DNA of 63,894 nucleotides, filler included, from Perkinsus olseni (taxonomy: Eukaryota), in NCBI GenBank assembly GCA_013115125.1. It is 10 parts of 10 records of this genome, joined end to end, with 100 filler letters (N's around TTAATTAATTAA, not from the genome) between each part and the next. Parts side by side here need not be neighbours in the genome. Positions count along the whole stretch, not along the records: positions 40,901 to 63,894 come from JABANN010000526.1; 9 more parts are not named here. One strand, written 5' to 3'. Below are positions 59,620-63,894 of this stretch, in pieces. Position numbers and translations under genes: made by a program. Below the pieces are notes generated by a model. That model worked only from the letters and a program-made list of their open reading frames with translations. It was not told the DNA's origin and made no database searches. The first letter of the stretch is position 1; each line of letters starts with the position of its first letter.

Positions 59620-60193
59620 TGGAGATGCACCTGCATTACGCGTAAAACAGTTTCGCGCCAGTGTAATTACGCATGCGAAATAACGCGTAGTACGCGTAAT
59701 GGCAGGTGTAAAACGCGTTTTACACTTCGCGCGAGAATATCGAGTATTATATGCGTAAAACCACGTGAAATAACGCGTAAATACATGTTATCATGCGTAC
59801 TTAGACGACAGTCTATTATGAATTCAATCGGCACTTCTTAATTTCAAAGCACTCCTGGATCACAGAAACTCAGACAAAACACGTTTCAAATGGCAAACGC
59901 GAGTCTGTCAATCACTTCCTTGGTCTGTGCTTGTCGAACTCTCGTTAATTTTGATTTTTTTGTATCATTAGGAGACGGGGATCGACTTTGTGTTATTAAA
60001 AGTTGGGACAATACCGGTCTACGTTAAGCGCGTAAAAACGTACGGACCCAGTACGCCAAGCGCGTACTGGCCACAGTTGTGTAATACACTCCACGCGTTT
60101 TACGCGTAATGTGCGTAAAATAGAGCCATTACGCGTTGTGTAATGCGTAATGCGTATTACGCTAGCGTATTATACAACGGGGGTGCATCTCCA
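59620..60193. mobile_element. Non-autonomous hAT-like DNA transposon/MITE (574 bp)
   Basis: 12-bp perfect TIR TGGAGATGCACC / GGTGCATCTCCA; dense TACGC/ACGCGT subterminal motifs at both ends; no TSD seen. Confidence 0.7.
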
Positions 60194-60247
60194 GTATATA
60201 TGATGTGCAGTCCTTAGCACCTCAACGAAGCCCTTCTATTGGCCTGT

Positions 60248-60316
60248 AGCACGTATCACGAGTAGCTTCAGGATGAGCGCCGCACGTATCACGAGCAGCC
60301 TCAGGATGAGCGCCGC
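60248..60316. repeat. 33-bp tandem duplication
   Basis: GCACGTATCACGAG(T/C)AGC(T/C)TCAGGATGAGCGCC x2. Confidence 0.85.
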
Positions 60317-60406
60317 CGAACTCGGAGGCGGCTACCATCTTTCGGACCCCTTGAAGCAGCTTAATCGGATAAAGGAGGCGTGCATCTTCCTTCATCATCC
60401 ATAAGC

Positions 60407-60461
60407 TTCGGTATGCGAGACACTTAAGAGGTTAAACCTCTTAAGTGTCTCGCATACCGAA
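60407..60461. repeat. 55-bp palindrome (27-bp arms, 1-nt spacer)
   Basis: TTCGGTATGCGAGACACTTAAGAGGTT-A-AACCTCTTAAGTGTCTCGCATACCGAA. Confidence 0.95.
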
Positions 60462-60612
60462 ACTTTCTTGCATGCTAGTCGTTTCGGCAAGTTTCTTTCG
60501 GCGAGCATCTTAGAGTAGTATTTCTCCGAGTTCGGCGAGGTCAAGAAGATCCTCTGCCAGAGGACTTCTGGTTGCCTTGGAGGCGGCAGAATTCCGTTGG
60601 ACCCCAGTGGGG

Positions 60613-61638
60613 TCACCCCGCCCCGGGAGAACTCGGTAAACACCACGCCTGTCTGTATTGTGGTACTTTGTTTGATAGTGCTGCTTCAATGGGGTTCGTC
60701 GTAATGAAGTCCCCCCCTGGCAATGTCGCATATTCGACATTGCCAGGGGGGACTCTCAGCCCACCTTCTGGAAAATACACCCCATCTCGTCTCAGGATCT
60801 TGCAAAGCTCCTGAGCACTTCGCATACCAAGCCCCAAGTGCCCTAGACGCAGCAGGTCTCGTGCTGATTCCCTGCTCAGCACCACACCATTCTCTTCTCC
60901 ATAAGAGAATGACGATACCCCAAGGTAGTGGTGAGAATCCAAACTCACTCCAGAGGGCAAAGGGCTCTCATGGCCACTCTCAGTAGATTCCCTGAAGCGC
61001 TCCTCAAGCCTCTGAGCTACGAGCGTATCTGTGTAACCTCTAGCAGCAACCCTCTCAGCGAACTTCACGCCAGCTCTCCGTGGACGTTTCACTGTCCTGG
61101 CGCATTCACGATCATCATGATCTTCAACAAGGTTCCCGCATCGCGAGCAGACCCCTTTCGGGGGAGACGCCGTTGATGTCCTTCCAGGTCCCGGAGCATT
61201 CGACTGCGCCTTCTTAACGAAGTTAGGGACAAGCGCGGAAGCAACGCTACACACCTTGCAGCGATCGGCCTCAGAGCAGATCGCCGCCTGCCGGGTTGAT
61301 ACCGGATCGTAGTCCATGAGGAGAGCATCATAATAGTGCCGCTTCTCCTCATTCCACTTCTCGACGTCCATTGCACCAGTGCTCATCTTGGCCAAGCGAG
61401 TACGACACGCATTACACAGTACCTTCGGTAGCCTCAGGTTGGTTACCTCGGCTTTGAAGTCAACCTGGTAGAATTTTAGAGCTCGCTGACAGACCTTACA
61501 CACGGCCGCTGACCGGCCGTGGTGAGTTAGCCTAGTGAAGCAGAAACGACATACAACATACAGGTGTCGTAAGTGGTTCTCGTCAACAGTGGCAGCGACC
61601 TCCGGTGGGATGGTTAGATTCTTCTCGGACCTGGGCAT
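60613..61638 (-). mobile_element. Chapaev (CMC)/RAG1-N-terminal-like zinc-finger transposase fragment, catalytic core absent
   Basis: H-x7-CRFC..VDFKAEV..LPKVLCNAC..DYDP..CKVC..PGR..VCSRC..H...C, then a predicted HTH-like LGLGMRSAQELCKILRR; intronless. Confidence 0.65.
60712..60751. repeat. 17-bp-arm inverted repeat, 6-nt loop
   Basis: CCCCCCTGGCAATGTCG-CATATT-CGACATTGCCAGGGGGG. Confidence 0.93.
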
Positions 61639-62155
61639 TAGTATTTTCTGAAACCTACTACGCTACTATGTGACTCATTGGCTCTATACATGTCCGCGCT
61701 AGTTCTGTTCCGTATTCACTCATTATTTGGAGATTGTTCTCCCATGGTCTCTAGCTTGATTGGTTGGTGGTTCGCTAGCAAGTCGACTCTTCCGTTTGAT
61801 CATCTGCGGTGTCTCTTGGCTCAAGATCGAGTCTTCCCAGTGCTAACTCAAGGGCGTCATTGACTATGGAGTTGACCATTAGGAAATGAGAGTGATACTA
61901 ACTACGAATGGGATATCATCAAATAACTCATACTCATAGTCCGATGATTCGGGAGTAATCCGCAGCTGCGGCACGCATATACATAGCCCGATCCGCTATG
62001 TTCCTGCGTGCAGCGGAGCGGTCGTCAGCATATTCATGAAAAGTAGGTTGGGCTTCAATAAGGAGCCCTTCCTAGAGATAGTGCGGTGCGCAGCACCAAC
62101 CGCAGATGTCCCCCAAGGGGTCCTGCATTGAAGCGCAAGCATGATAGAGAAAAAA

Positions 62156-63894
62156 TCAAGAGAGGTAACCCGCTGTGACAAGAGCAGTTCTCGAGGTGTC
62201 ACGCAGCTTTCCCGTAGGAGTCAACTTTATCTTCATGAGGACCGAACCAACTGTTCTCAGCAAGGGGTAATCATCATCATCAGCTGGAGTTTGCGCAACG
62301 TAAGAGTCCCCGTCTGCAGCCATCCATACCGGCAGAAAAGTTTTGCCGTCCGTGGTGTCGTATACCTGGATACGCATATCCTGGGTTCCAGGGTCCTGTT
62401 TGACCTTGCCGATCACGTCTTCTCCACCAGGGAGACGAACCAGCAGTATGTCATCAATCTTGGTCGATGATAACGGTATTGTTGTTTCTGTAGCCAACGT
62501 AGGTCGATTCCTGTCGACCACTGCATCACGTGGTTCCAGGTGGCAAGCAGATACCGATGCCGTTTTGTCTTCCGGTGATCCTAGTGGGCGCAGACGGACA
62601 GAGAAACCTGCCATGGAGCCTAGGTACTGGAAAGGCCCCCCGTCAACGTTGACGCCTTGGACGATGACGACATGACCTTCAACGGGCCTTGCCCCCGGCC
62701 GGCGCCAGACAACTAAGTCGCCGTCCTTGACTGGTTTTCCCGGGCGGGATGCAGAGGCGCGTAAACAATCCCTAATATGAGACTGAAGTACCGCAGTTCT
62801 AGCGAGACCTATGGAGTCAGTGATGACCTGACGGACAGATTCCCTAGTGTCGATTGACAGGGCCAGCTGTTCAAGTCCGTCGCAGGTCGCTTGACGGTGA
62901 GGATCCAAGACAGCTGTCAGTACAGCCGCTGAAGGGGTATTGACCTTAGTGCCGAACATGAGCTCAGCAGCAGAGTGACCAGTTGCCCGTTGTTGGGAGT
63001 TGATGGCCAATTGGACGTGCGGCATCGCCGCGTCCCAAGGGAGTGAGTAACCAGGGAGGATGCGTTTAATCCGGCCGACCCGGGCCTCCGCACTCCCATT
63101 AGACCAGGGAGACCAGGCCGGCACTGAGAGGAAGCGTACCCCGCAGGCCTTGAGGGAACTCCGCAGCGACGGTGTGTCTAAGAAGTTATCTCCCGTGACC
63201 GACAGAGGTACGCCCATCAGTGCTATCCACGACTCGAAAAGAGTCGCGGATGTGGTAGGTCCGCCAACATCAGCGACACATCTTATCAGAGTGAACCCAG
63301 TGGAGAGGTCCGTCATCACCAAGAAGGCCTTATTGTTTGGGTCCTTAGCGGGAGACCATGATGGGGATGGATAACCATGATCCATGGCTAAGTGCTTGCC
63401 ACGCGCATCGATGTCCAGTAACCCCCTAGGTACTCTCGGCGCACTCAGCAACTTAGCCCTCTTACTCGGCTTCTGTTCCATACAGTAATCACAACGGGAT
63501 ATCCATGACCGTATATCCCGAAAGATGGATGGCCACCAAGCCAGACTGCAGATAGTATCCTTGACTTGGGGGTGTGCCCGATGACTATCAGCTTCATGGG
63601 CAGCAAATATCAGCCATTCACGTAGTTCCCAGTTGGGAACGACGTTAGTGCTGATAATCTGTTCCAAGCCAGCGACCTTACCGGCAGGGATCACAGGTAC
63701 GAGTACCTCGCCGAGGAGCGTGACGTCGCTGATGACATGAACGAGATCGGTTTTGAAGGAGACCAGGCCGAGGGTCTTCGCTTCTTGCGAGACTCGAGAA
63801 ATGTCATTACCGTTGGTGAAATGGGCATGCCATGTACTCAGGCTATCCCCATGAAACCGAGTGCTACCATCGGCAGCCTGCAACAGGACCAGCT
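62156..63894 (-). mobile_element. Divergent LTR-retrotransposon integrase (pol C-terminus; 5' part outside the window)
   Basis: AHE..SH..WWPSI..CDYC zinc finger; LAMDH..MTDLSTGF; VTGDN; WSPWSNGSAEARV; QLAINS..SAAELMFG; GDLV..GPF. Confidence 0.88.

Overview
Eukaryotic genomic DNA, most likely a Perkinsus-like alveolate parasite. This is an inference from the dense genes with many short GT-AG introns, cathepsin L, H2A.X ending SQEM and an HPR-type protein. The window is a concatenation of 10 contigs joined by artificial 100-nt N/TTAATTAATTAA/N spacers, so adjacency across spacers is meaningless. Eight ~1-kb contigs (1-8706) hold an SDR gene, a mucin-like repeat, Ty3/gypsy-like integrase/RT/protease fragments, and an H3 + H2A.X pair with histone 3' stem-loops. 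A 32-kb contig (8807-40800) holds a spliced Whirly-family gene, a band-7/HIR gene, cathepsin L, a large RlmD/TrmA-like methyltransferase with degenerate catalytic motifs, an NHL-repeat gene, a carnosine-synthase-like ATP-grasp gene and an HPR/OPR-repeat gene. The last contig (40901-end) holds a CCCH zinc-finger gene, a large helical protein and a cyclin. It then becomes repeat-rich: an internally deleted tyrosine-recombinase retrotransposon with Ngaro/PAT-type split direct repeats, a decaying ~574-bp tRNA-Pro/Val tandem array hit by solo LTRs, a hAT-like MITE, long palindromes, a Chapaev/RAG1-N-like zinc-finger transposase fragment and an integrase. The best leads are the putatively mitochondrial Whirly and pseudo-methyltransferase proteins, the Chapaev/RAG1-N-like ORF, the split-repeat YR element and the tRNA-Pro bodies with CAG anticodons. 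Gene models were spliced by eye and family calls come from remembered motifs, not database searches.
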